The notes below the pieces were generated by a model. That model had not been told where the DNA came from and did no database searches. It saw only the letters and a list, made by a program, of their open reading frames with translations. 32,000 bases of DNA from assembly GCA_015232315.1 (NCBI GenBank), contig JADFZZ010000032.1, positions 796-32,795 of the forward strand, in the 5' to 3' direction. Positions 1 to 8,648 of this stretch are shown piece by piece. Position 1 is the first letter of the stretch. Each line of letters opens with the position of its first letter. The stretch is from SAR324 cluster bacterium (GTDB taxonomy: Bacteria > SAR324 > NAC60-12). A program made the translations under genes and the position numbers.

Positions 1-787
1 TTGAAATTTTAATTTCATCATCACGACCATCCACGGTCGCGTCAAACAGGTCTCTTTGCAGAATAAGGCCCACGATATCCTCAGGGTCCATGTCATAAAC
101 AGGAATACGGCTATAGCCCTGGTCGGAAGCATCTTCCACAGCCTCCGCCAGATTCTTATGTGCTGACAACGAAAAAACATGATCCCTGGGAGTCATGATT
201 TCAGCGGCAATCTTGTCTTTAAGATTCAGAATATTTTTGATCACTTCTCCCTCGAACTGGTGGATTGTGCCAGCCCGTTGGCCGACATGCGTCAGAATAC
301 GGATTTCATCAGGTGTCGGACCGCGATAATCGTTGGCTGGATTGATGAAGGAAGTGATGAAGCCGCTGAGTTTCACGACCGGAGTGAGAAAAAGGACCAT
401 CCAGGAAATGGGGAACGCAACCCATACCGCCAGTTCACGGGCATAGCGCACGCCAATGGTTTTGGGGATAATTTCCGCGAAAACAAGAACACAGAAAGTA
501 AATACCGCAGAAAAATATACCAGCCATGCTTCCCCATACACTTCGGCCGCGGCAAATCCCGCAACGGCGGCACCTGCCGTGTTGGCCACGGTGTTGAGTG
601 TGAGAATGGCGGAAATAGGACGATCAATGTCCTTTCTCAGACGTTTGAGTTCAATTCCGGCTTTGTGACCTTTGCTCACCAGAGTTTCAATGTGGCTTTC
701 AGGAACAGAGTATAACACCGATTCAAACAATGAACACATGGATGACAGTGCTAAAACCAGTACTACAGATGACACCAGTAAGAACAT
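1..787 (-). CDS. CorC/HlyC-type transporter (DUF21 membrane domain plus CBS domains), C-terminus truncated by window edge
   Basis: Minus-strand frame open from ATG at 787 to the window edge: MFLLVSSVVLVLALSSMCSLFESVLYSVPESHIETL...AEIIPKTIGVRYARELAVW...EVINNILNLKDKIAAEIMTPRDHVFSLS...GYSRIPVYDMDPEDIVGLILQRDL. SLFESVLYSV, EIIPKTIG, IMTPR and SRIPVY are family hallmarks. The supplied ORF track omits it, probably because it is open-ended. Confidence 0.85.
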   Translation of the reverse strand, partial: MFLLVSSVVLVLALSSMCSLFESVLYSVPESHIETLVSKGHKAGIELKRLRKDIDRPISAILTLNTVANTAGAAVAGFAAAEVYGEAWLVYFSAVFTFCVLVFAEIIPKTIGVRYARELAVWVAFPISWMVLFLTPVVKLSGFITSFINPANDYRGPTPDEIRILTHVGQRAGTIHQFEGEVIKNILNLKDKIAAEIMTPRDHVFSLSAHKNLAEAVEDASDQGYSRIPVYDMDPEDIVGLILQRDLFDATVDGRDDEIKIS

Positions 788-802
788 GGGGATTTTATGG
801 AG

Positions 803-1666
803 TTATGTTTGAGGGAAGGATGGATGAAGCCCCTGATTGAGTGCCAGATATTCAGGATTGTCCGGTGAAATGTATCCATGACGGATCAGGAAATCGATGA
901 TGACAAGATTGCAGTTTGTTTTGAATTCTTTGGTACTGATTACCATTTCCTGAACCTGATCCAGAGACCATAAATAAAATTCAGAAACTTCGCCATCCTG
1001 GTTGTAAGGCTGAAACGACTTGGGTAATTCAAGGTCATAGTTGACGATCACATCCTGTCGAAGACCATTTTTGGTTTCCATGCAATAATTGATGGCACTC
1101 ACACCTCGTGCCTGAGAAGCCAGATCATGCGGAATGCCAGCTTCTTCTGCCGCTTCCTTGAGCATGGTTTCCCAGAGCGTCAGTTCATGGGATTTGCCAC
1201 CGCCAACGAGGTTATCCAAAAGTCCCGGATATGAAGAGCGTGTCATCTCACGCCGGGCAATCCACATATAACAACGTCCCTGTTTGTGCACGATACCATT
1301 CAGATGAATGCCGAACGCACGAATTCCAAACAGCGGAACAACGGCTCTCTCAAGCAAAAACAAGGGAGGCTGATCAGAATCAAGGGCACAGGCTGGATAC
1401 AGTTCATGATACAGGGCCGGGAGGAGGTCTTTTTGTTGAAGGTATTTGAGAACTTCCTGCATGGCGGCGGTTCGGTCCTCAAATGTTTGAATGGTAGAAT
1501 GAATCCGTACTTCATCCTTCTGTACACGAAAAATGCCGGGGAAATGACGTAAATCCGGGAGAAATGACTCCCGGACCCACCCTACATGATGAGTCCCTGC
1601 CTTGAAGGGAATAAAGCGGGTTCTATCAAAATTATTGCAGGTATGGATCCAGTAAAGATAACTCAT
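803..1666 (-). CDS. NUDIX hydrolase of the DUF4743 / thiamine-pyrophosphokinase-related type
   Basis: 287-aa ORF; GGGKSHELTLWETMLKEAAEEAGI resembles a Nudix box, with the preceding RAFGIHLNGIVHKQGRCYMWIARR typical of the DUF4743-Nudix family. Confidence 0.8.
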   Translation of the reverse strand: MSYLYWIHTCNNFDRTRFIPFKAGTHHVGWVRESFLPDLRHFPGIFRVQKDEVRIHSTIQTFEDRTAAMQEVLKYLQQKDLLPALYHELYPACALDSDQPPLFLLERAVVPLFGIRAFGIHLNGIVHKQGRCYMWIARREMTRSSYPGLLDNLVGGGKSHELTLWETMLKEAAEEAGIPHDLASQARGVSAINYCMETKNGLRQDVIVNYDLELPKSFQPYNQDGEVSEFYLWSLDQVQEMVISTKEFKTNCNLVIIDFLIRHGYISPDNPEYLALNQGLHPSFPQT

Positions 1667-1673
1667 GAAATTC

Positions 1674-3293
1674 TCATCCTCCTTGTCCGGTGATCAATCC
1701 GAGTACCGATTGTGGTACCTGATTGGCTTGTGCCAACATGGCTGTGCTGGATGAAAGCAGAATTTGATTGCCAGTCAATTGTGACATTTGCTCTGCCATG
1801 TCCGCGTCTCTGATGGTTGATTCCGCCTGTGTCAAATTTTCCTCAGCAACTTTTAAACTGTTGAGGTTGTTTTCCAGTGCGTTTTTCTGGAACGATCCAA
1901 AAACACCCCGAATTTTTGTGATTTCATCTACCGCCGCATCGACCATGTTGATGGTATCTCGTGCTCCCTGGGGGGTGGTCACATCAATATCAGACAGACT
2001 GGTGAAGCGACTTTCATTCGGAATCCCGCGAGCCATTTCTTTGGTTCGGGTATCGACCATCGACAATTTTGCCTGTTGTCCTTCCTGAGGGCCAATCTGA
2101 AAGGAAATGGAACCCTGCGAAACATGGACATAACCTTCGCTTTTAGGATTGCTGGGACTGCCAACCAGTTCATCATTGGTTTCTTCGACATAGCTGACAC
2201 CCACTTCAAAGCCATTTTCATCAAACACCGGAACTTCTTTCAAACCCAGTTCCCTGTCATATTGAATGGTCAGTCCCTGAGCTTTGGTGCCCTCAACGGC
2301 GGTTAGAAACTGTCCGTCGCCCAGTGCGATTTCACCACCTATGGTTCCTTCAATATCCTTACCGGGTTCGGCAAACATCGCAATGTTTTCTTTTTCAGAG
2401 AGAATGCCCGCGACCGAACTCGTGACAGACAATGTTGGTTCATCACCAAATTCACGATGACGCACCACCATCATACCATTAGGGTCTGTAAAAACATCAA
2501 CCTTCAAACCTGATTCTTCCACCTTTTTACGCAACTGGGTCAAAACAATGGTCCGAATATTTTGTGACGCCTCTTCTGAGGGAAATCGTTGCGGATCCTG
2601 CCGGGTGTTTTCCACAATTTTATCAATTTCCGCCTTGATTTCACCCCGCGAGGTATCAAGAACCGCTGTTTTGTTCCCTTCATTGATAATCAGATTGATT
2701 CCTTGCCCAATATTTTCTGCTGTGAGTGGCACAGTTCCAGTGGCTTTGGCCCTGGTAGCAACTTGCAAAATATCCACTTCATAGCCATTTTCAGGAGAAG
2801 CCTTGGTGTCAGTGGTCGCATTGACAAAACGAAGTCCGGGTCCAACGGTCACCCCACGGGCACCATTACTGCCATCAAGCAATTTCTTGTCACCAAAAAT
2901 GGTATTGTTGGCAATTCGGTCAATGGAACTGAGTAAATGTTCAATCTCACTTTGATCCGCTTCCACCATTGGTTTATCATTGACAGCTTCGTTGGCCGCA
3001 TGCACGGCTAATTGTCTGATGTTGATCAGCATGGAGCTGATTTCATTCAGAGAACCTTCAGCGGTCTGCACCATTGAAATTGAGAATTCAGCATTGTCCA
3101 GAGATTGTTGCATCCCGACAATCTGACCCCGGAGCCGTTCAGACGCAATCAGTGTGGCAGGTCCATCCGCGGCTTTGTTAATACTTTGTCCAGTCGTGAG
3201 TTTTTCAATATTGTTACCCACCTTGGTGAACGCATCATTGGCATGTCGCAATGAGTTAAGTGACGCGACATTATGTTTAATACTCATTCCCAT
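1674..3293 (-). CDS. fliC: Flagellin
   Basis: N-terminal MSIKHNVASLNSLRHANDAFTKVGNNIEKLTTGQSINKAADGPATLIASERLRGQI and C-terminal NNLNSLKVAEENLTQAESTIRDADMAEQMSQLTGNQILLSSSTAMLAQANQVPQSVLGLI are canonical flagellin D0/D1 domains. AAGGAG lies 6 nt before ATG 3293; the annotated ORF start at 3359 is probably too far upstream. Confidence 0.93.
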   Translation of the reverse strand: MGMSIKHNVASLNSLRHANDAFTKVGNNIEKLTTGQSINKAADGPATLIASERLRGQIVGMQQSLDNAEFSISMVQTAEGSLNEISSMLINIRQLAVHAANEAVNDKPMVEADQSEIEHLLSSIDRIANNTIFGDKKLLDGSNGARGVTVGPGLRFVNATTDTKASPENGYEVDILQVATRAKATGTVPLTAENIGQGINLIINEGNKTAVLDTSRGEIKAEIDKIVENTRQDPQRFPSEEASQNIRTIVLTQLRKKVEESGLKVDVFTDPNGMMVVRHREFGDEPTLSVTSSVAGILSEKENIAMFAEPGKDIEGTIGGEIALGDGQFLTAVEGTKAQGLTIQYDRELGLKEVPVFDENGFEVGVSYVEETNDELVGSPSNPKSEGYVHVSQGSISFQIGPQEGQQAKLSMVDTRTKEMARGIPNESRFTSLSDIDVTTPQGARDTINMVDAAVDEITKIRGVFGSFQKNALENNLNSLKVAEENLTQAESTIRDADMAEQMSQLTGNQILLSSSTAMLAQANQVPQSVLGLITGQGG

Positions 3294-3355
3294 AACAGAC
3301 TCCTTTTGTAAATTGAGGTTAATGAGCAACCCGATCAATTTTATTCTTGAGTCTA

Positions 3356-3382
3356 TCATCGGCAGGATTCAAAAAAACTTGA
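3356..3382 (-). promoter_or_regulatory. Sigma-28 (FliA)-type promoter for flagellin
   Basis: Read on the minus strand: TCAAGTTT-N11-GCCGATGA, versus enterobacterial consensus TAAAGTTT-N11-GCCGATAA; 14 of 16 consensus bases match with exact 11-nt spacing, about 60 nt upstream of the start codon. Confidence 0.82.
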
Positions 3383-3463
3383 GATCCTGTATTAAGTTTT
3401 CACCAAAAAAGTTGTTGCTGAAAATTTTCTGGTGACGGCAACCGATTCAAGCCATCGCACTGT

Positions 3464-3528
3464 GTCATTCCGTGCTTGACACGGAATCCATCGGCGCACT
3501 CCTGGATCCCCGTTTTCACGAGGATGAC
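3464..3528. repeat. Dispersed intergenic palindromic element of the CHPRE(N/S)GDPG-encoding type
   Basis: GTCATTCCGTGCTTGACACGGAATCC...CTGGATCCCCGTTTTCACGAGGATGAC. One frame gives CHPRENGDPGVRRWIPCQARNDTV, the well-known spurious peptide of this element family. Confidence 0.75.
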
Positions 3529-3624
3529 ATCGTGGCGGGCCACAGGATTTCATCACCAAATTATTTACAGCAGGAAAAAGTTTCTTTAGGAAGATCGGAC
3601 AGATCCTGCAAACCATTGAATGCT

Positions 3625-3900
3625 CTAGCCATTGAATGATTTGGGCCTCAATTGGGTTCCCAGGGGGGTGTTTACAGACAGCGCAGGCTGACCATCTTTT
3701 CTAAGAATTTCAATTTCAAGTGAATCTCCGTCAATTTCAAAATATTTTGAAATCACATCGCATAGATCTTTTTTCATTGCATCCAACTGAGTTTCAGACA
3801 AGCCGATACGTTCTTTGGCAAGAACCAGTTGGAGACGATTTTTTGCGGTACCGGCACTGTGTTGTTTGGGGCGAAACAGTTTTCCCAGGCTACTGAGCAT
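3625..3900 (-). CDS. minE: Cell division topological specificity factor MinE
   Basis: MLSSLGKLFRPKQHSAGTAKNRLQLVLAKERIGLSETQLDAMKKDLCDVISKYFEIDGDSLEIEILRKDG...; AKNRLQLVLAKER matches the MinE core. Directly downstream of minD. Longer annotated start at 4020 is unlikely because it overlaps minD. Confidence 0.9.
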   Translation of the reverse strand: MLSSLGKLFRPKQHSAGTAKNRLQLVLAKERIGLSETQLDAMKKDLCDVISKYFEIDGDSLEIEILRKDGQPALSVNTPLGTQLRPKSFNG

Positions 3901-3934
3901 ATTTCCTCTATGATGAATTGAGTGACGGATCAAA

Positions 3935-4714
3935 TTATTTACCGAACAAGCGAGCCAAAATCCCTTTTCTCTGCTCCAGCGACGGGATGGGAACATGTTC
4001 TCCCAAAATACGGCGGGCAATTCTTTTGTAAGCCTGCCCGGCCGCGGAATTTTCGTTCAATACCGCAGGAATTCCCTGATTTCCAGCAACGATGATATCA
4101 GAATCTTCAAGAACGACACCCAGCAAATCAATGGCCAGAATATCCATGACATCATCCTGACTCATCATTTCTCCAGCCTCCACCATCGAGAGTGAAAGTC
4201 GTGTGACAACCAGCGCGGAAGGGATCTGATGGTGCTGGAGCAAGCCGATGACTCTGTCAGCATCTCTCACCGACGAAACTTCAGGCGTTGTGACCACAAT
4301 CGCACGGTCAGCCCCGGCGATGGCATTTTTAAACCCCTGCTCAATGCCGGCAGGACAATCAATCAGAACATAATTGAATTCTTTTTTGAGTTCTGAACAG
4401 ATTTCACGCATTTCATCTTCATTCACCGCGTTTTTGTCATGCACTTGTGAAGAGGGCAACAGAAACAGGTTTTTGTTACGTTTATCGCGGATCAGTGCCT
4501 GACGGATGCTGCAACGTTTTTTTGCGACATCGACAAGATTATAAACAATCCGGTTTTCTAGTCCCATGATGATGTCCAGATTTCGCAAACCGATGTCACC
4601 GTCAATGGCGACCACACTTTTGCCGAAACTGGACAGGGCGGTACTCAGGTTTGCGGTGGTGGTCGTTTTTCCTACACCGCCTTTTCCTGATGTGATAACA
4701 ATAGATTCACCCAT
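3935..4714 (-). CDS. minD: Septum site-determining ATPase MinD
   Basis: 259 aa; deviant Walker A SGKGGVGKTTTTANLS, DGDIGLRNLDIIMGLENRIVYNLVDV, DCPAGIEQGF, and an amphipathic basic C-terminus (KGILARLFGK). Confidence 0.97.
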   Translation of the reverse strand: MGESIVITSGKGGVGKTTTTANLSTALSSFGKSVVAIDGDIGLRNLDIIMGLENRIVYNLVDVAKKRCSIRQALIRDKRNKNLFLLPSSQVHDKNAVNEDEMREICSELKKEFNYVLIDCPAGIEQGFKNAIAGADRAIVVTTPEVSSVRDADRVIGLLQHHQIPSALVVTRLSLSMVEAGEMMSQDDVMDILAIDLLGVVLEDSDIIVAGNQGIPAVLNENSAAGQAYKRIARRILGEHVPIPSLEQRKGILARLFGK

Positions 4715-4755
4715 GATAATCCTCTAAATTGATGAAAGATAGTGATTTGATCAAA

Positions 4756-5493
4756 TTAACGAAGTTTAGGATAGAGATCAAACAGGATCTCTCCGTTTTC
4801 TACAAACACAATTTCAGGTCCAATAAATTCCCTGAGCTGGTGATGTCCGGCAAGCAAATGGGCGATTCGGACCTGACCCGACATAAGCCGTAACCCCATG
4901 ATGGTTGATTTTTCATTTCCTTCAGATCCTGCATGGACAAGTCCACGTATGGTTCCATAAACCCAGATATTCTGCGCTGAAATAATTTCGGCTCCCGGAT
5001 TGATATCCCCCAGGAGAATCACATTACGCGAGGTCCTGATTTTTTGTCCGGAACGCAATGTTTGCCGGACAATAAGCGCATCCTCAAGCACAAGTCCCTG
5101 AGTGATTTCATCCGTGGATGGGGTTTGTTTTTCCAGCATAGTGCCTGAGATGACAGGGGTTTCCTTTTTTTCTGCTGAAGCTTGATCTTCAGACTGAAGA
5201 GGGGGCGCAACGCTGGTTTTCTGCGGTGGAATGGACAGATTGAGTTCCATTTTGCCCTCAGCACTCAGAAGATCACGCAGCATCACAAATTCTTCAGACG
5301 ACAACCGTTTTGCGTCAGACTTCAGAATGATCCTGGAACCATGCAAAAAATGCTTGGCTGATTCCTGATTAATCAAATGGCGGACATCATTCACCAGTTG
5401 ATCAAATGGCAGTGCTTCGTGAATAATCAATGCTAAATGATCCCCAATGCCCTTGATCTCAACAGCTTTTTTAATTTTTCGGGATGAACTCAT
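4756..5493 (-). CDS. minC: Septum site-determining protein MinC
   Basis: 245 aa; C-terminal RTLRSGQKIRTSRNVILLGDINPGAEIISAQNIWVYGTIRGLVHAGSEGNEKSTIMGLRLMSGQVRIAHL is a MinC C-domain; first gene of minCDE order. Confidence 0.92.
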   Translation of the reverse strand: MSSSRKIKKAVEIKGIGDHLALIIHEALPFDQLVNDVRHLINQESAKHFLHGSRIILKSDAKRLSSEEFVMLRDLLSAEGKMELNLSIPPQKTSVAPPLQSEDQASAEKKETPVISGTMLEKQTPSTDEITQGLVLEDALIVRQTLRSGQKIRTSRNVILLGDINPGAEIISAQNIWVYGTIRGLVHAGSEGNEKSTIMGLRLMSGQVRIAHLLAGHHQLREFIGPEIVFVENGEILFDLYPKLR

Positions 5494-5831
5494 GGATACA
5501 CATCAGTCAGAATGCAAAAAATTATGATTTTGCATACCGAATTCAGTCTAAAGATACAACCATTAATTTCAGGGTAAGACCCCCCGTTCAAGGATCACAG
5601 GAGGGGTAATTTTCATTTGCTCCTGAATCTGTCAACGTGGTCGGGATCCTGTGATTTACTATTTTTGCCCTTCAGAACAGGCCCCGGCCTCCATGGGCCT
5701 GTGGCGATCTCAGGATTCTTGGATATTGCTGTTTGATGTCAGCTAAAAAAAAGTTTCTTTTTTTAGCTGGTCCTGTTAAGCGAATAAATATTTGCAGAAT
5801 TATTCCGGAAGAATTCACACAGGAGTCGTGC

Positions 5832-7058
5832 ATGAGGGAAAAACTGACATCATATGATATCAATAAACTGGTGACTTATAATGTGGACAAGTTGGTGTGT
5901 GTCCGATTGATTGTCGCCATGATTCAGGCTGATGGCGTTTTAATGCCTGATGAACTGTCCTACCTGCAGAAACTGGTGTATGAATTGGAACTCTCGACAG
6001 AAGATGAATACACCATTCAATATGATTTGACGCATCCCACCCCTTTTCAGGAGTTACTCAAACAGATTCCTGTGCCGGACTCGGAAGATGTCTGTAAATT
6101 ATTGCTGGATCAAGTATGGCAGGTCGCCTGGTCCGACGGCGTTCTGGATCCAAAGGAAGAAGCGGTTTACCATCAACTGGAGCGACATTTTAAGCTCACT
6201 ATCCCACGGACCACTTCTGCTACCAACGTTGTGGAATCCGGCATGTCGAAGGAAATTCTGAAACTGCTTGAAAAAGCTGAGGAATTGCTCAACGACCAGC
6301 AGATGGAATCCGATAAGCGGAAAATCAAATTGCGGCGAACCGTCCATGATCTTGCCCTGAGCATCAAGGGCGCTGTAGCAACAGTTTTCATGCTTGCAAA
6401 TCCATCGATCGCCTATAAAATTGTGATTGAGCAAGTGCATGTCTTTGCGGATAGTTTGAAAAATGAAAAACTATCCGCCTATGGTGACGCTAATGTCTGG
6501 GCTCATGAGGAATTGCTGAAAGCCTGTCTGGAACTTGAAAAAATGATTTTCGCCAGTTCAGCCAAACGAACTCAACCAGAAAAAAATCTCAAACCGGAGA
6601 TCCAGAAATCGTCGTCAACTCCTGAAAATACCCAGCCAACACTGGACGATTTTGAACTCATCCCCTGGTATCATGTTCTGCAATCGTCTGTTGCGGATCT
6701 CAGCCCGACAGGCGAAATGTTTGCGTTCACCCGGCAATGGCTCAGGCAGTTTTATTCTGGAAAAACGGCAGAACTTGCCATGGTGCAGGTTTCTACCGAT
6801 GCCATGATACCTACGATGTCTCCCGGAGACGGAGTTGTGGTCTATCTACAGGCAAATTATCGGGGAGAAGGGATCTATCTGATTCGTTCCAATGCGAGCA
6901 TCAAAATTCGGCGAATGCAGAAACTGGTCGATGGGACGTTCCGGATTTTCAGTGACAACAACCGTTATTCTGAAGAAAAAACCTCCGGTGAATTCAATGG
7001 TGGCGTTGTGATTCTGGGACAGATTTTATGGGTAGGAAAACTCCTTGCCAGCGTCTGA
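5832..7058 (+). CDS. TerB-like domain protein with a C-terminal S24/LexA-CI-type fold (catalytically altered)
   Basis: N-terminal LIVAMIQADGVLMPDELSYLQKLV...VWQVAWSDGVLDPKEEAVYHQLERHF is TerB-like. C-terminal VQVSTDAMIPTMSPGDGVVVY...GIYLIRSNASIKIRRMQKLVDGTFRIFSDNNRYSEE...VVILGQILWVGK is S24-like. AGGAG upstream of ATG 5832 supports this start over 5733. Confidence 0.65.
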   Translation: MREKLTSYDINKLVTYNVDKLVCVRLIVAMIQADGVLMPDELSYLQKLVYELELSTEDEYTIQYDLTHPTPFQELLKQIPVPDSEDVCKLLLDQVWQVAWSDGVLDPKEEAVYHQLERHFKLTIPRTTSATNVVESGMSKEILKLLEKAEELLNDQQMESDKRKIKLRRTVHDLALSIKGAVATVFMLANPSIAYKIVIEQVHVFADSLKNEKLSAYGDANVWAHEELLKACLELEKMIFASSAKRTQPEKNLKPEIQKSSSTPENTQPTLDDFELIPWYHVLQSSVADLSPTGEMFAFTRQWLRQFYSGKTAELAMVQVSTDAMIPTMSPGDGVVVYLQANYRGEGIYLIRSNASIKIRRMQKLVDGTFRIFSDNNRYSEEKTSGEFNGGVVILGQILWVGKLLASV

Positions 7059-7080
7059 TTTCCGGCAAGGAGTAAAAAAA

Positions 7081-8496
7081 TCATTCGACTCGTTCCAGAA
7101 CGGCTGATCCTCCCAACCCTCCGGCCGCGCAAATTCCAAGAACAGCAAACTGTTTGTTCCGTTCATGAAGTTCATGAGCCAGCGTGGTCACCATTCTGGC
7201 TCCGGTGGCGCCAAAGGGATGCCCGATCGCAATGGACCCGCCATGCACATTCAAGCGGTCTATATCGACTTCTCCCGTGGCTTTTGATTTGCCCAGTTTC
7301 ACTTTGGCAAAACCATCACTTGCCATCATTTTCAGCACACTCAGCACCTGTGCGGCAAAGGCCTCATGAATATCTACCAGATCCATGTCTTTGAGTGTCA
7401 GACCGGCACGATCCAGTGATTTCGGGATGGAAATTGCCGGGCCAATCAGCAATTGGTCTGAAGGGTCCACACCGGAATAAGCCCAACTTCGAAAGCAGGC
7501 CAGCGGTTTGAAACCCATCGCACGGGCTTTCTCTTCACTCATCAACAGTACAGCCGCGGCTCCATCCGTCAGCGGACTGGAATTGCCCGCGGTCAAAGTC
7601 CCGTTTTTGGCGAATACAGGTTTGAGTTTGGAAAGTTTTTCCAGGCTGGTGTCACCACGAACAAGACCATCCGCATGAATCCAACTTCCATCTTCTGTCT
7701 GGACAGGAGTCACTTCACGATCAAACCGACCGGAGGCAATGGCCGCGGCCGCACGATGGTGGGATCTGAGTGCAAATTCATCCTGGGATTCTCTGCTGAT
7801 CTGATTGCGTTGTGCCATTTCTTCCGCGGATTCTCCCATGACCTGACCCGTGGTGCGTTCCGCGATTTCTGGTTTGCTGGGCAAAATGTCACGAAAAGGA
7901 AGCAGTTGGGGCAATACGCTCAAAATATCCGAGGGTTTTCCTTTACCAAAGGCGAAAGGCGCCAAGGCATGAACCAGTTTTTGCGGCAACCGGATTTCAG
8001 CGTTACTGGTGGAATCGGAGCCTCCGGCAATCACAATATCAGCTTCTCCCCGTTCAATCGCGGCGGCGGCAAGGGTTAGCGCCTGTAAGCCGGAAGCGCA
8101 GGCTCGTGTAACCGTCATGCCTTCAGTGTATTCAGGAAACTTCAGATCCAAGGCGATTTCCCTCGCCAGATTAGGTGCGCCAAAAGGCAGAACCACGCCA
8201 CCCCAGACAATGCTTTCCACTTCTTTTTTGGGCAGACCGGTTTGTTTCAGCAGTGCGCTTACGGCCAGATCACCCAGAGCAATCGTATCCATTTTCATGA
8301 AGGGGCCGAATGCTCTGACAAAGGGTGTTCGGACACCAGCCACAATCACAGCCCTGATTGGTTTTTTGGAACCAGAGTTTTGTGACACCTGAACCGTTGG
8401 TGCTTTTTTTTCTGTCGTTGTGCTGTGGCTGTTTGCTGTTTTCTTGACAGGTGGTTTGGTCGTGGGTGCTGTTTGTTTGGTATTATCAGTTGTCAT
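7081..8496 (-). CDS. fadI: Acetyl-CoA C-acyltransferase (FadI-like thiolase) with Thr/Lys/Pro-rich N-terminal extension
   Basis: VTRACASGLQAL (active Cys), HEAFAAQVL, NVHGGSIAIGHPFGATGARM, CAAGGLGG; MTTDNTK... start at 8496. Confidence 0.9.
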   Translation of the reverse strand: MTTDNTKQTAPTTKPPVKKTANSHSTTTEKKAPTVQVSQNSGSKKPIRAVIVAGVRTPFVRAFGPFMKMDTIALGDLAVSALLKQTGLPKKEVESIVWGGVVLPFGAPNLAREIALDLKFPEYTEGMTVTRACASGLQALTLAAAAIERGEADIVIAGGSDSTSNAEIRLPQKLVHALAPFAFGKGKPSDILSVLPQLLPFRDILPSKPEIAERTTGQVMGESAEEMAQRNQISRESQDEFALRSHHRAAAAIASGRFDREVTPVQTEDGSWIHADGLVRGDTSLEKLSKLKPVFAKNGTLTAGNSSPLTDGAAAVLLMSEEKARAMGFKPLACFRSWAYSGVDPSDQLLIGPAISIPKSLDRAGLTLKDMDLVDIHEAFAAQVLSVLKMMASDGFAKVKLGKSKATGEVDIDRLNVHGGSIAIGHPFGATGARMVTTLAHELHERNKQFAVLGICAAGGLGGSAVLERVE

Positions 8497-8648
8497 GAAA
8501 TTACTCCAATAATGTTTAGGTACGTGAACAGAATAGCATGCAAAAATTCTCCTGACAGATCTTCTGCCTGAAAATCGTAGAGACGTGCCAGAGCGTGCCT
8601 CTACAGTCCTGAAAAAGCAGTGTGGGGGAAGGATCTGCCGGAAACACC

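Noticed and set aside
179-715. 178-aa plus-strand ORF
   Set aside because: Lies antisense to the well-supported CorC/HlyC-type gene on the minus strand; composition and content look like antisense translation.
3392-3616. 74-aa minus-strand ORF
   Set aside because: Its central part is the CHPRENGDPG peptide produced by a dispersed repeat, so it is not considered a real gene.
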